DNA of 64,000 nt from Candidatus Latescibacterota bacterium (GCA_965226795.1 CBDDDZ010000005.1:1677257-1741256), one strand, 5' to 3'. Positions 28,655 to 39,780 are shown, counted from the first letter of the stretch. Made by a program: numbers and translations. Notes: a model not told the origin generated them from the letters alone.

Positions 28655-30469
28655 TCAAAACGCCTGTCCCAGGCTGAAATGTATTCGCCGTCGGGGCTCG
28701 ATCGGATCTTCCGATAACCGGTACGCGACATCGAGCCGCAAAGGACTTATAGGGTTCAAATAGCGCACGCCAGCGCCTGCCGCCAGCCGCAGGCGGCCTG
28801 GATCGAAGGCGCCGAACCGATCCGATCCCACGTTGCCCGCATCCATAAATACGGCCACGCCAAACCCGGGCAGAAGCCGGGCGCGGAATTCGATGCTTCC
28901 ATCCAGCACGCTCCTGCCGCCCTCCGGATCGCATTTTGCGTCCTTGGGGCCGAGCCTGTTCAGTTTCCATCCCCGCACGCTGTTGGCCCCACCAGCGAAA
29001 AATCGTTCGAAGTTGGGTATCGACTCAACGGTTCCTTCATTCAGGATCATCCCGCTCGAAACCCGCAGGGCCAGCACGCTCTTCCAAAACAGCTTCCGGT
29101 ACCACCGACACTCGCCCGACACTTTGAGAAATTCTCTGTCACCCGACGCCTTTACCGCGAGTTCGGCCAACAGACCCCGCTGCGGGTCGAAAAAGTCGTC
29201 TCGTCTGTCTTCCAGGTATTCTACCGAAACCGTCGCGCGGGTGCTGTCCAACTCGAACTCGACGACTTCAGTCCTGGCCCGAAAAACGACTCGCCCGGTG
29301 GCGCGGAAAGTCCGTTCCAATGCCGCGCTGGCCCCCCCACGCTTTACCCGGACCTCCTCCGGTCGTTCCTGCTCCACAAACCCCGCCATATCCAGCCACG
29401 TCCTGCTCCCGAGTATGTATGGTTGCCGTACACCGATCTCTGCCCTGGCTTCCAGCGCCGACGCGGAAGACTCGATGGTCAACTGGCGCGCGCCGCCGCC
29501 CAGAAAACTCCGGTGCCGCCAGGCAAGCTGGCCCCTCAGCTGCTCCTCGGTATCGTAACCCGCTCCCAATTTCAGGCTCCGCGCGGGACGCTCCCTCACC
29601 TCGACGGTCACGTCCACCGGGCTCGCTTGAGCAACCGTGTCGGGGATGCCGAGTGAAACCGATCGAAATGCCTCCGACCGATAGAGTTGGAGCCGGCTGT
29701 TCGAGAGTTCCTTCTTCTGGTAGGCATCTCCTGCCCGAAAGGTCAGGCCTCGCAGAAGCAGACCTTTTGAAACCCTTCGATTGCCCTCGATTCGTACCTG
29801 CCCGAAACGGCACCTGGGTCCAGGCCTGACTCTAAACGTCACGTTTGCCCGCTTGCCATGTATCGACACCTCGGCCGCGACTTCGGCAAATGCATAACCG
29901 TCGTCCTGCAGCGTGTCCGAAATCAGTTTGAGGTCCGCCTCTCTCCCCATCCGTGTGAATGGCCGATCTCTCCTTGTGTTCAATGCTCGCCTGACCTGCA
30001 TGCTGTCCTGCTCTACATCTGCTGGCAGCCCCTCAAGACGGACGCCACTAACCAGCACCGGCTCTCCTTCTTCGATACGGATACGAATTCGGACGAAACC
30101 GGGCCGCGACCTGTCGATTATCGTATCTGCGACAGCGTCGAAATAGCCCGTGTCTGAGTAATGCGCCGTGATCCGCGCGACATCGGATCGAAACACGGAC
30201 GGATCGAAACGCCGGTCGCTTACGCCGGGGAATATTTCGTACCATGGGCTCGCCCGGGTAAACATCAGCAGCTTGAGATCCCGGGTGGATAGCACCCGAT
30301 TTCCTTCGATCGCAACCACTTCGACGATAGCAGACTCCTTATCCTGTGCGGTGATGGTGAAGGGAACTCCGACAATGACGATGGCAGCCACAAACCTGAA
30401 AAGGATCAAATCTCTCCATCCTATCCAGTCGCTCATCGGGAATGGACCATCGCTCGACCGATGACCCAT
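28655..30469 (-). CDS. tamA: TamA/BamA-family outer-membrane protein (POTRA + Omp85 barrel)
   Basis: Signal peptide LILFRFVAAIVIVGVPFTITAQD. POTRA-like repeats and a C-terminal Omp85 barrel ending in SLGQAF. The start is chosen at the internal ATG 30469 (alternative 30436); the listed ORF N-terminal extension is likely spurious. Confidence 0.75.
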   Translation of the reverse strand: MGHRSSDGPFPMSDWIGWRDLILFRFVAAIVIVGVPFTITAQDKESAIVEVVAIEGNRVLSTRDLKLLMFTRASPWYEIFPGVSDRRFDPSVFRSDVARITAHYSDTGYFDAVADTIIDRSRPGFVRIRIRIEEGEPVLVSGVRLEGLPADVEQDSMQVRRALNTRRDRPFTRMGREADLKLISDTLQDDGYAFAEVAAEVSIHGKRANVTFRVRPGPRCRFGQVRIEGNRRVSKGLLLRGLTFRAGDAYQKKELSNSRLQLYRSEAFRSVSLGIPDTVAQASPVDVTVEVRERPARSLKLGAGYDTEEQLRGQLAWRHRSFLGGGARQLTIESSASALEARAEIGVRQPYILGSRTWLDMAGFVEQERPEEVRVKRGGASAALERTFRATGRVVFRARTEVVEFELDSTRATVSVEYLEDRRDDFFDPQRGLLAELAVKASGDREFLKVSGECRWYRKLFWKSVLALRVSSGMILNEGTVESIPNFERFFAGGANSVRGWKLNRLGPKDAKCDPEGGRSVLDGSIEFRARLLPGFGVAVFMDAGNVGSDRFGAFDPGRLRLAAGAGVRYLNPISPLRLDVAYRLSEDPIEPRRRIHFSLGQAF

Positions 30470-30704
30470 TTTGATGCAGCGACGTCCGTGGCCGCTCTCG
30501 CGCGCCGTCTCTGGAAAACCCGTCTGACGTTGCGACCCTGCCGTTCCTCGGCACTTCCTTTGACGCTCGCCAGTCCTGCCGGTTTCAGTTCTCCGCGAAG
30601 CGGAAGATATGTATCCGGTCTTCGGGCACAAGGGATTTCTGTCACGCCAACAACCCGGCCCGGGGCCCATAAGCGTTTTTCGAAGCCCCTCCGACAACAA
30701 CGGT

Positions 30705-30740
30705 CAGGCCCCTTTATCCGTTTTTGGATAAAGGGGCCTG
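30705..30740 (-). terminator. Perfect 15-bp inverted-repeat hairpin after clpB (terminator-like)
   Basis: CAGGCCCCTTTATCC-GTTTTT-GGATAAAGGGGCCTG. Confidence 0.4.
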
Positions 30741-30764
30741 AAGAGACAGTGCCGTGAAGAGGCC

Positions 30765-33395
30765 TCACCCGCTCTTAAGAGGCGCCTCGACCGGCCGATT
30801 CTCGTGGTGGAGGGTAAACTCACCGTTGTTTAAATCAACCCGTATCCGCGCGCCGTCGAGGATATCGCCGCCAATGAGACCTCGGCCGATTCGAGTCTCC
30901 AATTCCCGTTGTAAGAAACGCTTTAGCGGGCGCGCGCCATAGACCGGATCGAAACCCTCGCGCGCGGCGAATTCCCTGGCGGGGCCGGCGATCTCAAGGT
31001 CGATCCCCCGGTCTCCGAGGCGCCTTCGGAGATCCGCGGTCAACAGATCCACGATCTTTGCGATTTCAGCCTGCGTCAAAAATTTAAATAAAACGATATC
31101 GTCAACGCGGTTGAGGAATTCCCGCCGGAAATGCCGCCGCATTTCGTCCAAGACCGCCAGACGGGCATATTCGCTGATGTCCCCGGTCGGCCCCACGCCC
31201 TCCAGCATGTGAGCCGACCCGATGTTGGAAGTCATGATAATCACGGCATTCTTGAAGTCCACCGTCCGCCCCTGGGCGTCGGTCAACCGCCCGTCGTCGA
31301 GGATTTGCAGCAACGCATTGAACACGTCGTGGTGGGCCTTCTCGATTTCGTCGAATAGAATCACCGAGTAGGGCTTCCGGCGGACCGCCTCGGTCAACTG
31401 ACCACCGTCCTCGTAGCCCACATATCCGGGAGGCGCGCCGACCAGCCGTGAGACCGTGTGGCGTTCCATATATTCGCTCATGTCGATGCGAACCATATTT
31501 TCCTCGGAGTCGAACAACGCCTCTGCCAGGGCCCTGGCCAGTTCGGTCTTGCCGACACCCGTGGGCCCCAGGAAGATGAACGAGCCAATCGGCCGGCGCG
31601 GATCCTTAACCCCCGCCCGGGCCCGGATCACGGCGTCGGCTACCAGCGACACGGCCTCGTCCTGACCCACGACGCGCTTATGCAGAATCTCGTCCAAACG
31701 AAGGAGCTTCTCCCGCTCTCCCTCCATCAGGCGCGTCACGGGAATCCCGGTCCAGCGACAGACGATCTCCGCGATCTCGTCTCCGGTCACCTCTTCCCGC
31801 AGCAGCCAGCCGTTCCCCGGCGACCGCGCCTCCTCTGCCGCCAGCTTTCGCTCCAGTTCCGGCAGCCGCCCGTGACTCAACTCCGCCAGCCGGTCCAGAT
31901 CGTACTTTCGTTCGGCGTCTTCGATCTCACGCCGAACCGCTTCGATCTGTTCGCGAACCTTCCGAACCTTATCGATCACTTCCTTCTCGGATTCCCATTG
32001 AGCGCGCATTGCGTCGGCCTGCGCTTTCAGATCAGCCAAACCCTTACGAAGGTCTTTCAGCCTCTGTGCGCTACCCTGATCCGTCTCTTTCTTCAGCGCC
32101 GCCTCTTCGATCTCCAGCCGCATGACCCTGCGGGTTACCTCGTCCAGCCCCGCCGGCATGGAATCGATCTCCGTCCGGATCATCGCGCAGGCCTCATCCA
32201 CGAGGTCGATCGCCTTGTCGGGCAGAAACCGGTCCGATATGTATCGGTTGGAGAGCACGGCCGCGCTTACAAGGGCGTTGTCCTGTATGCGTACCCCGTG
32301 GTGTAACTCGTACCTTTCTCGAAAACCCCTGAGAATCGAAATTGTGTCCTCCACCGAGGGCGCATCCACCGTGACGGGCTGAAACCGTCGCTCCAGGGCG
32401 GCGTCCTTCTCGATAGATTTTCGGTATTCGTCCAGCGTTGTCGCCCCGATACAGTGCAGTTCCCCCCGCGCCAGCATCGGCTTCAGCATATTTCCCGCGT
32501 CCGCGGACCCTTCCGTACGTCCGGCGCCGACGATATTGTGGACCTCGTCGATAAACAACAGAATTCGGCCGTCGCTTTGCGCAATCTCGTTCAAGACGGC
32601 CTTGAGCCGCTCCTCGAACTCGCCGCGAAATTTCGCGCCTGCCAGCAACGCCCCCATGTCGAGGGAAAACACCGTACGCTCCTTCATCCACTCGGGCACG
32701 TCTCCCCTCACGATACGTTGTGCGAGTCCTTCAACAACAGCCGTCTTCCCGACCCCCGGCTCCCCGATCAGGACCGGGTTGTTCTTTGTCTTTCGAGACA
32801 GGATGCGCACAACCCTTCTGATTTCCGCGTCACGCCCGATCACCGGGTCCAGCCTGCCCGCGCGCGCCTGTGAGACCAGATCCACACCGTACTTCTCGAG
32901 CGCTTCGTAGGTGCCCTCGGGTTCGGGGTTGGTCACCCTCTGTTTGCCGCGGACTCCGGTGAGCGCATTCAGAAACCCCTTTCTTGTGGCCCCGGACTCG
33001 TGCAGAATCAGTCCCGATTGCGTACCGGTTCCCTCGCCCAGCAACGCCAGCGCCAGGTGTTCCACGGAAACGTACTCATCCTGCATCCGCTTTGCCTCTT
33101 CTTCGGCCTGCTGCAGTAACTTCTGGAGGCGCGCCGTTACGTACATCTTTCCGGGTTCCGAACTCCCTCCGGTCTGCCGGGGTCTCCGGTCGAGTTCCAG
33201 ACCTACCTGTGATTTCAGGGCTTCCGCGTCGACGTTCATCCGCGCCAGAATTCGCGGGATAAGACCGTCGGGCTGCTCAAGTAGCGCCAGGAGTAGATGC
33301 TCGCCGTCCAACTCCGGGTGCCCGTACCGGGACACGCTGGCCTGTGCGTCCTGAAGCGCCTCCTGCGATTTCTGTGTGAGTCTATTCATGTCCAT
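30765..33395 (-). CDS. clpB: Chaperone ClpB (AAA+ disaggregase)
   Basis: ATG at 33395 with an AAAGGAGG SD. Two AAA+ modules ([16 protein letters not shown]) and a coiled-coil middle domain. Confidence 0.9.
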   Translation of the reverse strand: MDMNRLTQKSQEALQDAQASVSRYGHPELDGEHLLLALLEQPDGLIPRILARMNVDAEALKSQVGLELDRRPRQTGGSSEPGKMYVTARLQKLLQQAEEEAKRMQDEYVSVEHLALALLGEGTGTQSGLILHESGATRKGFLNALTGVRGKQRVTNPEPEGTYEALEKYGVDLVSQARAGRLDPVIGRDAEIRRVVRILSRKTKNNPVLIGEPGVGKTAVVEGLAQRIVRGDVPEWMKERTVFSLDMGALLAGAKFRGEFEERLKAVLNEIAQSDGRILLFIDEVHNIVGAGRTEGSADAGNMLKPMLARGELHCIGATTLDEYRKSIEKDAALERRFQPVTVDAPSVEDTISILRGFRERYELHHGVRIQDNALVSAAVLSNRYISDRFLPDKAIDLVDEACAMIRTEIDSMPAGLDEVTRRVMRLEIEEAALKKETDQGSAQRLKDLRKGLADLKAQADAMRAQWESEKEVIDKVRKVREQIEAVRREIEDAERKYDLDRLAELSHGRLPELERKLAAEEARSPGNGWLLREEVTGDEIAEIVCRWTGIPVTRLMEGEREKLLRLDEILHKRVVGQDEAVSLVADAVIRARAGVKDPRRPIGSFIFLGPTGVGKTELARALAEALFDSEENMVRIDMSEYMERHTVSRLVGAPPGYVGYEDGGQLTEAVRRKPYSVILFDEIEKAHHDVFNALLQILDDGRLTDAQGRTVDFKNAVIIMTSNIGSAHMLEGVGPTGDISEYARLAVLDEMRRHFRREFLNRVDDIVLFKFLTQAEIAKIVDLLTADLRRRLGDRGIDLEIAGPAREFAAREGFDPVYGARPLKRFLQRELETRIGRGLIGGDILDGARIRVDLNNGEFTLHHENRPVEAPLKSG

Positions 33396-33882
33396 TCCGG
33401 ACCTCCTTTCTTTTCCGTTCCCGAAACCCGTAACCGCACCCGGCATGCCACCGAAAGGTGTCTTCGTTCATTCGCTCGTTGCAGCTGATCGTCCGCAACT
33501 CCGAAGCGCGTCAGATTTCCGCGAACCGGCCCGTTGACTTGGAAAACACGCGCGCTGCCGTCCTTCTTAGCCGGTCGCCGCAACTTTCACGCCTCCCCCG
33601 CTTCATACACATGCAATGACCGTGCCAGCATTGCGATTGGATGAAGGATCTGAACAAGAACAATAAAACAGACCTGTAAATTAACGATGCATGTATCAAT
33701 CACCCCGCGCCTTCGCCCACCGTGAACCGTCCTATTGGGTGGTCGACTCCGCGTGAATATCCGCACGTCTGCATGTATTGCTGGTCCTGCGGACGTCATT
33801 CGCGGTTGAATTCAGACCCGAGATCGCGTATCTTTGCGAATCGCCCGTACCCCGCCATCCATTTCGTACCGAGGAACGCCCG

Positions 33883-34716
33883 ATGCATTCCGACGCCGAT
33901 GCCCTGGCCGTATTCGCTCCAGATCTCTTCACTGGGAAAACCGCGCTGGTAACAGGCGGAGGACGGGGCATCGGCAAACGCATCGCCCTAGCGTTCGCGC
34001 GGCTGGGGGCGCAAATTGTGATCGCAGGCCGAAATCCCGGACCTCTCACGTCCACCTCCGAGGAGATTGCCGGAATTGGCGCCCGATGCCTGGCCCTTCC
34101 CGTGAATATCCGGGAGGTCGGACAGGTTGAAGAACTGGTCTCCAGGGCGCTGTGCGAATTCGGCGCCATCGACTTTCTGGTCAACAACGCGGGAGGCCAG
34201 TTCCCCGCGCGTCCGTCGGAGATTACCGATGGGGGCTGGCGGGCGGTCGTGGATCTCAACCTCAACGGTACCTGGAACATGTGCAGCCGCATCGGTCCCC
34301 ACATGGCCAGAAACGGTTACGGATCGATCGTTAACATCGTACATATATACGCACTCGAGCGGGGCGCACCGCCCTTTGCCCACTCCGGCGCCGCGCGGGC
34401 GGGCGTGGTCAACCTGACAAAGACCTTGGGCTACCATTATGCCGGCCGCAGAGTGAGGGTCAACGCCCTCGCGCCGGGCTTTGTGGACACCTCCGGCCTC
34501 CGGGAGCACGAATTCAAGCCCCTCCAGCGCGAAGACTTCGAATCAATGGCCCTCCGGGACGTCCCTGCAGGCCGGTTCGCGGACCCGGACGAGGTAGCGG
34601 CCGTCACACTATTCCTGTGTTCTCCGGCCGCCGCATATATCACAGGTACGACGATTGTCGCCGACGGCGCGCTGTCTTTAGGCAACTGGACGCCCTGGAT
34701 GGATCCCGAGCCGTAG
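33883..34716 (+). CDS. SDR-family oxidoreductase
   Basis: ATG at 33883 with a GAGGA SD. Motifs TGGGRGIGK, NNAG and a YxxxK-like catalytic region are present. Confidence 0.8.
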   Translation: MHSDADALAVFAPDLFTGKTALVTGGGRGIGKRIALAFARLGAQIVIAGRNPGPLTSTSEEIAGIGARCLALPVNIREVGQVEELVSRALCEFGAIDFLVNNAGGQFPARPSEITDGGWRAVVDLNLNGTWNMCSRIGPHMARNGYGSIVNIVHIYALERGAPPFAHSGAARAGVVNLTKTLGYHYAGRRVRVNALAPGFVDTSGLREHEFKPLQREDFESMALRDVPAGRFADPDEVAAVTLFLCSPAAAYITGTTIVADGALSLGNWTPWMDPEP

Positions 34717-34730
34717 CGGTTACCAGGAGT

Positions 34731-34773
34731 AACAAACAACGAGGCCGGGGGTTTCCCGGCCTCGTTGTTTGTT
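34731..34773. terminator. Strong rho-independent terminator (19-bp perfect stem, 5-nt loop)
   Basis: AACAAACAACGAGGCCGGG-GGTTT-CCCGGCCTCGTTGTTTGTT followed by a T-containing tract, 15 nt after the SDR stop. Confidence 0.65.
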
Positions 34774-34967
34774 CGGTTCCTGTGCTCTTGTTATACGATT
34801 TCAATCGCTAATGACATGGCGACTTCCGTGTTCGCCATCCACGGGCACATAAACAACAAGTCGTTAATTTCAAATATCTTATGTTACAATTAAAAAACAC
34901 GTATCGAGAGGAAATCCAGGGCGGCTTCGAGAGAGGATAGAATGCGCCAATTTGGCATAAAATGGCC

Positions 34968-35012
34968 GCTATTATTCGATATACGCCAAATTGGCGTATA
35001 TCGAATAATAGC
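34968..35012. repeat. 45-bp perfect palindrome (centre A at 34990) with an upstream partial copy of its core
   Basis: Seen directly: GCTATTATTCGATATACGCCAA-A-TTGGCGTATATCGAATAATAGC. A related core GCGCCAATTTGGC occurs at 34945..34957. Confidence 0.8.
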
Positions 35013-35048
35013 CCGCGCGGACTCCGTCTCAGCCCGCCACACCGGACT

Positions 35049-35855
35049 TCAATATCCGATCCGACGCAAAAACGTATATGTCTTCCGGCTTCGCCTGGCC
35101 TCGCTGATCGGGTCATCTGCGCCTGGTATAGGGTTTCCCGGGCAACTCGTTACCCATCGGGTGAAACCGATCTCCACCAGCGCCTTTCGAATCGCCGCAA
35201 AATCCAGATCCGGCCCTTCGCCCACGTCGCACCAGACCGGATCGTAACGGCCGCTTTCGTCACATGAGGTGGACGTATAATCCTGAAGGTGCATGTAATT
35301 CAACCGGCTCCGGAAGTCTCGTATCGAATCGGCGGGATCGTATCCCCATAGCCTGGCGTGGGACACGTCGATACACAGCTTCGCCTTGCGAAGCCGCCCC
35401 GAGTAGAATTTCCAGTCCGCCACGGAATCCACGAGCGTATTGGTGTGAATGTGGTAGCTGATTTCCAGCCCCAGCGTCTCCGCATATTCCGCCCACGTTT
35501 CCGCGCCTTCGGCCGCCGCCGTCAGGTCGTCCTCCGTCACCGGCCGGGCGGCCGGTTTGCCGCCGCTCATGAACATGAAACAGTCGGCCCCCACTTCCGC
35601 GGCGTATTCCATCCGGCGTCGATTGCGCTCCACGTGCGCCCAATTGCGTACATCCGGTGATCCACTGGCGGTATACACTGCCATCGGCAATCCGGCGTTT
35701 TCGCAAACGCGCCGCAGCCGGGAAGGGGACCCCAGCCAGTCCGTCGACATCCGCCCCTCCCAGCCCTCCCATCCGGCCTTTTTCAACGCTTCCAGTGCCG
35801 GTTCCAGATCCGGCTCCTGCCATCTGAGTGTACTGTATCCCAGCTTGAATTCCAT
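35049..35855 (-). CDS. Sugar phosphate isomerase/epimerase (xylose isomerase-like TIM barrel)
   Basis: 268-aa TIM-barrel family protein. Confidence 0.7.
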   Translation of the reverse strand: MEFKLGYSTLRWQEPDLEPALEALKKAGWEGWEGRMSTDWLGSPSRLRRVCENAGLPMAVYTASGSPDVRNWAHVERNRRRMEYAAEVGADCFMFMSGGKPAARPVTEDDLTAAAEGAETWAEYAETLGLEISYHIHTNTLVDSVADWKFYSGRLRKAKLCIDVSHARLWGYDPADSIRDFRSRLNYMHLQDYTSTSCDESGRYDPVWCDVGEGPDLDFAAIRKALVEIGFTRWVTSCPGNPIPGADDPISEARRSRKTYTFLRRIGY

Positions 35856-35894
35856 GTGTCCCTCCGTCTGCCTGTAACTGAGGGCGGCGCGGGC

Positions 35895-38414
35895 TCAACG
35901 TATCCGCCGCCTCAACTCCTCCTGGGCCTGGCGAAACAGCGCGATCAGCCGCGCACGCGTTTTTTCGTCACGGAATACGCCGATTTTCTCCGCCCAGGCG
36001 ATGCCGCCCTCCATATGGGTCAGCAGGTATTCGCCTTCCGTGGGTTCAAACGCGCATCGCTTTCCCACGTCGATGTAAACCGGCGATGAATGGGCCATCA
36101 CCGGACCCGCGTCCGTTGCGTACTCACCCCAGCACCGGGCCGCCACCCAGCACGACTCTCCGACTTTCAAGTCGAACTTTACAGTCACGGCCCGACGGTC
36201 GCCGTCCGCATCCTGCCTGGCTACGCGCTTCCCGTTGACGATCAGTTCCACCGCGGTCAGCGGCCACACGCTCTCCGCATTGGCGACCGCCTCCACGGTC
36301 CCCCCATTCCCCGGCAACGCGATCTCCCCGCCCATCGGGATGCCGTCGACGCACAGATCGATCATGGCGCCGGTACTGGCGAATGTCGTCCCGCGCTTTA
36401 CAGCTTTACACCAATTGTCAAACGTAAACACTTCGCCGCGTTCAAGTTTCGCGTAAGTTCGGGAGCCGCCCAGGATGCGACCGTTCGACATCTTATCCGT
36501 CCCGCCCACGATGGGAAGCTTCTGACCCGTGTTCAGCCAGCGGTAATACCCGCGTTCTCCGGCACCGATCCGTTCACCCTGCCAGATCCAGCACATTTCC
36601 GCGGCGTCGGCCTGGCCAAGCACGATATTGGCGGCATTCTCGAAATCGGGCGTGGGCATATGCGGCATAATCACAAGTCCGCCCTGCCGCCGGCAGGCTT
36701 CCGCCCAATCCGCCATCAGGACCTGGATCTCACCGCCAATCCAATCCTCCTGAGGGCCGCCGGTACACATTGGCGCCACCATTTCCTTCAGACCCAACAG
36801 GCTGATGTGCCCCAGCACATGCTGCCGGTTTTCCTGACTCACCCAGATCTTGTGGTGCTCGCTGCTCGTTGGCGCCAGACCTCCCGTAAACTCCTCCCAA
36901 CTGGTAAACAGGCGGCCCCACTGGCTGGCGAGAAGGTTCACCACGTTCAGGTCTTCACCTGCCGCCTCGAGATGGGCGGATTGTGACGACAGAAAGTGCA
37001 CGTGGGTGTCGCCAGAATAGAAACCACGGTCTTTCATGTCAAATGCACGTTCAATTTCCAGTGAGAGATCCCGCTGGCCCGGTTTGATTTCCACCAGCTT
37101 CCGCACGGGAACATACTCGAATCCGCGCGCCACCTCTACGTAAACCGGTCCCACCGGAAGTTCGACCTGGCAGGTACCGTCAACGTATGCATAAGGGGTA
37201 CCATGCACCTTGCAGTCGCCCCCCATATCCTCGAACCAAGCGGTATTCACGTCGGCCTGATGGCCATGCGGCGCGAAATAAGCGCCTTGAGGAGATCGGA
37301 AATGGATCCGGCATCCCACCGGCCGGCCGGCTTCCGCGTCGTTTACCCTTACATGTACCCACTGCTTGCCGGCAGGCGCGACCACGGCAACGCGAGTGCC
37401 GCCGCGCTGCACAGTTTTTCTCTCCAGTACGTCCCCCCACCTGAACGCCTCGTCGGACTCCCCGCACCGGATGCTCAGCCGTCCTTCCGGAGACCCATGG
37501 ATTTCCAGATAACGCCCCTTCCGAAACGCCTGTCCGCCGCCGCCCCACCCCGCCTCATCCGAATCCAGGTAATCCTCACCGGGCGAGTAGAGACAATCCT
37601 GCCGCGCGATCACACCTCGATCCATGTCTACTGCGACCTCGTCCTCGCTCTCGGTCGAAACGGCGACCTCACTGCGCGGATGCCACGCAAGCGGGTCGTT
37701 TTCCTCCTAGCAGAGGGTGATTCCACCCAGAGCCAGCGCGGCTTCGCCGGACGCCACCACCTCAATTGTCCGAATGGCCTTCTCGGGATGCGGATTGACC
37801 CAGTCGTACAGCCACCAACCCGTCAGATCGCTGCTTTCTGACCTGACACCCACCTGCGCCGCGCCATACGGTAAAGTCCGGTCGTCCAGGGTCAGAGGGA
37901 GAAACTCGCGGCAATTCCGGCAAAGGAAGGGATGGTGGCCCCACGGAACGAAAAGGTCGTGAATCTCGAACCGCCGCCTGAGTTCCTGTTCGACTCCCTG
38001 TCCCGAGTCATAGCCGATCCGGTATCTTCCGACGGCTTCTCCGGTCCCTTCCAGACTGGCCTCCATCCCTTCAACGGGCGTACAGACATGGGCAAACAGC
38101 ACGCGACGCGCCTTCCGGCCAACGGCAATGGAGACCGACCCGGCGACCCGCTCATCCAGCCGCCCTGAAACCACGACAAACGTCGGCCTACCGGGATTTT
38201 TTTCGCGGTCCGTTAGCGCGAACGGAACGCCCCAAAATCGGGTATTACCGCCTGGAAGACGGTCCAGCCCACTGAGCCCCGGTCTTCCCGGCGCGGCGGG
38301 CCAGAGGTAACCATCCGCGGTCTCGATATTCTCCGTTCCGGCGTTCAAATACGCCCTCAGATCCAGTGATTGAAACACGCCCGACATACGCAAACCGCTC
38401 CTATTCTGTGTCAT
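35895..38414 (-). pseudogene. Two-domain metallohydrolase paralog interrupted by an in-frame TAG (37709..37707); ORFs 37707..38414 and 35895..37625 are its N- and C-parts
   Basis: Both ORFs are in the same frame, 28 codons apart. The N-part aligns to residues 1-200 of the intact 833-aa paralog (41410..43911) and the C-part to residues ~230-833. The stop falls where the paralog has His (GGITLC* versus GGITLGH). Confidence 0.5.
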
Positions 38415-38852
38415 GTGTCTGAAAGAATGGTGATCGCCCTGATACCGTCCCTACCGGGAAAGGCGCTCTGGCGGGGCGCATGGGCTGCGCAGCCAGGCGT
38501 TGACTTCCCCCGGTTCCGGCCCATCCTGGAGTGCGTTACTCTATCCTCGAAGCCGGTGTTTAACGCGTATTCGTCACGGAACCCGTCCGCAGATATGGAA
38601 ATCCATTGACGGCCGACGGCTTTCTCCGTAATCTGGGAGGACTGTTGAATCGCGTTCCTGGCGTATACCGGCATCCGTCCGGCTTTCGCACAGGGCCGAT
38701 TCGCCGCATTGCATCGCAACTTATCCGCCCTCAATCTGCTCGACGACGCTTCAGAACACGCGATTCCCCGTGGTTCTATTTCAATCCCGATTCGACGGGT
38801 CGAGACGTCGACCATAAGGAGCATACGGCCCGTTCTTTGAGGAATATCGCCA

Positions 38853-39593
38853 ATGATCATCGACAGCCACGTGCATCTCAGACACGGCAACGCCGCGCGT
38901 ACGGAATATACCGCCCATCAGATCGTTGAATCCATGGATGGCGCAGGCGTGGACAAATCGGTCGTCTTTGCCATATGCACCACCACATTTGACGCCGTTT
39001 CGCGGGCTCGAACCGCACACGAACTGTATCCGGACCGCCTCATTCCTTATGCATACGCGCTACCCAACTCCGAACGGTCGATTATTGGGTGCATCGAAGA
39101 AGCCGTCACACGCCTGGACTTCAAGGGGATCAAGATACACGCCGGCGAATGCACCCTCGCGGAATACGTGTCGGACCCCATACTGAAACTGGCCGGCGCA
39201 CACGGCGTGCCCTGCCTCATCGATTTCATCGGCCGCCACGCCGACCTCGAACGAATCGCCCGCGACTTCCCCGATACCCCGATCATCGTCGCCCACATGG
39301 GCCGTTACCTGTGCACCGACCAGTCGCTCATCGATCGGTTTGTCCGCATCGCGGAAGAATACGGGAACGTCTATATGGACATCAGCGGCGTCGTTCTGAT
39401 CTGGAAAATCCGCGAGGCCGTGGAGCGCCTGGGACCGGAACGCATCATCTGGGGCACCGACGGACCCTACCCCACACCCGACCTGGCAACCTATATCCGC
39501 ACCGATATCGAAAAGGTCCGGGCTTCCGGCACCAGCGGGGCCGAACTATCCGCAATCCTTGCCGGAAACATCGCCCGGCTGTTAAACCTCTGA
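38853..39593 (+). CDS. Amidohydrolase-family metal-dependent hydrolase (TIM barrel)
   Basis: MIIDSHVHL HxH motif, plus downstream H and D ligands. GAGGA SD. Confidence 0.7.
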   Translation: MIIDSHVHLRHGNAARTEYTAHQIVESMDGAGVDKSVVFAICTTTFDAVSRARTAHELYPDRLIPYAYALPNSERSIIGCIEEAVTRLDFKGIKIHAGECTLAEYVSDPILKLAGAHGVPCLIDFIGRHADLERIARDFPDTPIIVAHMGRYLCTDQSLIDRFVRIAEEYGNVYMDISGVVLIWKIREAVERLGPERIIWGTDGPYPTPDLATYIRTDIEKVRASGTSGAELSAILAGNIARLLNL

Positions 39594-39780
39594 CGTGTAA
39601 TCCATGTATTGGTAGTATTATAACAGGTTTGCATAGAAAAGGTTACGTACGAAATTCGTATTGGAAGTCGAGCGACGGATCAGTAAACAGACGGGGTAAC
39701 GCCACGGTCCTGCCAACCCCATTTCGATCGCAGCCCTCGTATGAATACCCCGGATTTCACTGACTTCGCGACGCTTTTTC

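Noticed and set aside
30469-30700. N-terminal extensions of tamA (to 30700), purN (to 55672), OYE (from 50381), asd (from 39984) and others in the ORF track
   Set aside because: The ORF caller takes the most upstream ATG/GTG/TTG. The extensions lack family homology and RBS, and would overlap promoters or the riboswitch. Internal starts with SD and conserved N-termini were used instead.
33396-33777. Heat-shock control elements (CIRCE, sigma32 promoter, CtsR box) upstream of clpB
   Set aside because: The region was scanned on the minus strand. No TTAGCACTC-N9-GAGTGCTAA, no convincing CTTGAAA...CCCCAT pair and no GGTCAAA-type repeat were found. Only a strong AAAGGAGG SD is clear.
34808-35267. 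ORFs 34808..35116 (-), 34942..35247 (+) and 34962..35267 (+) spanning the palindrome region
   Set aside because: They start inside or run antisense to the TIM-barrel gene (35049..35855). They have no RBS and are explained by the palindrome and low-complexity sequence. They are treated as non-coding.
37707-37709. TAG recoding (for example pyrrolysine/alternative genetic code) as explanation for the in-frame amber codon
   Set aside because: TAG clearly functions as a terminator in this window: the feoB stop (10111..10109) is followed 1 nt later by a coupled gene, and hemC stops at 62627..62625. No pyl genes are present. Nonsense mutation or local readthrough is more parsimonious.
38791-38816. 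Apparent palindrome GGTCGAGACGTCGACC in the divergent promoter region between the metallohydrolase and the amidohydrolase
   Set aside because: The repeat is imperfect (GACG versus CGTC in the centre); only the short GACGTC core is palindromic. It is too weak to call an operator.
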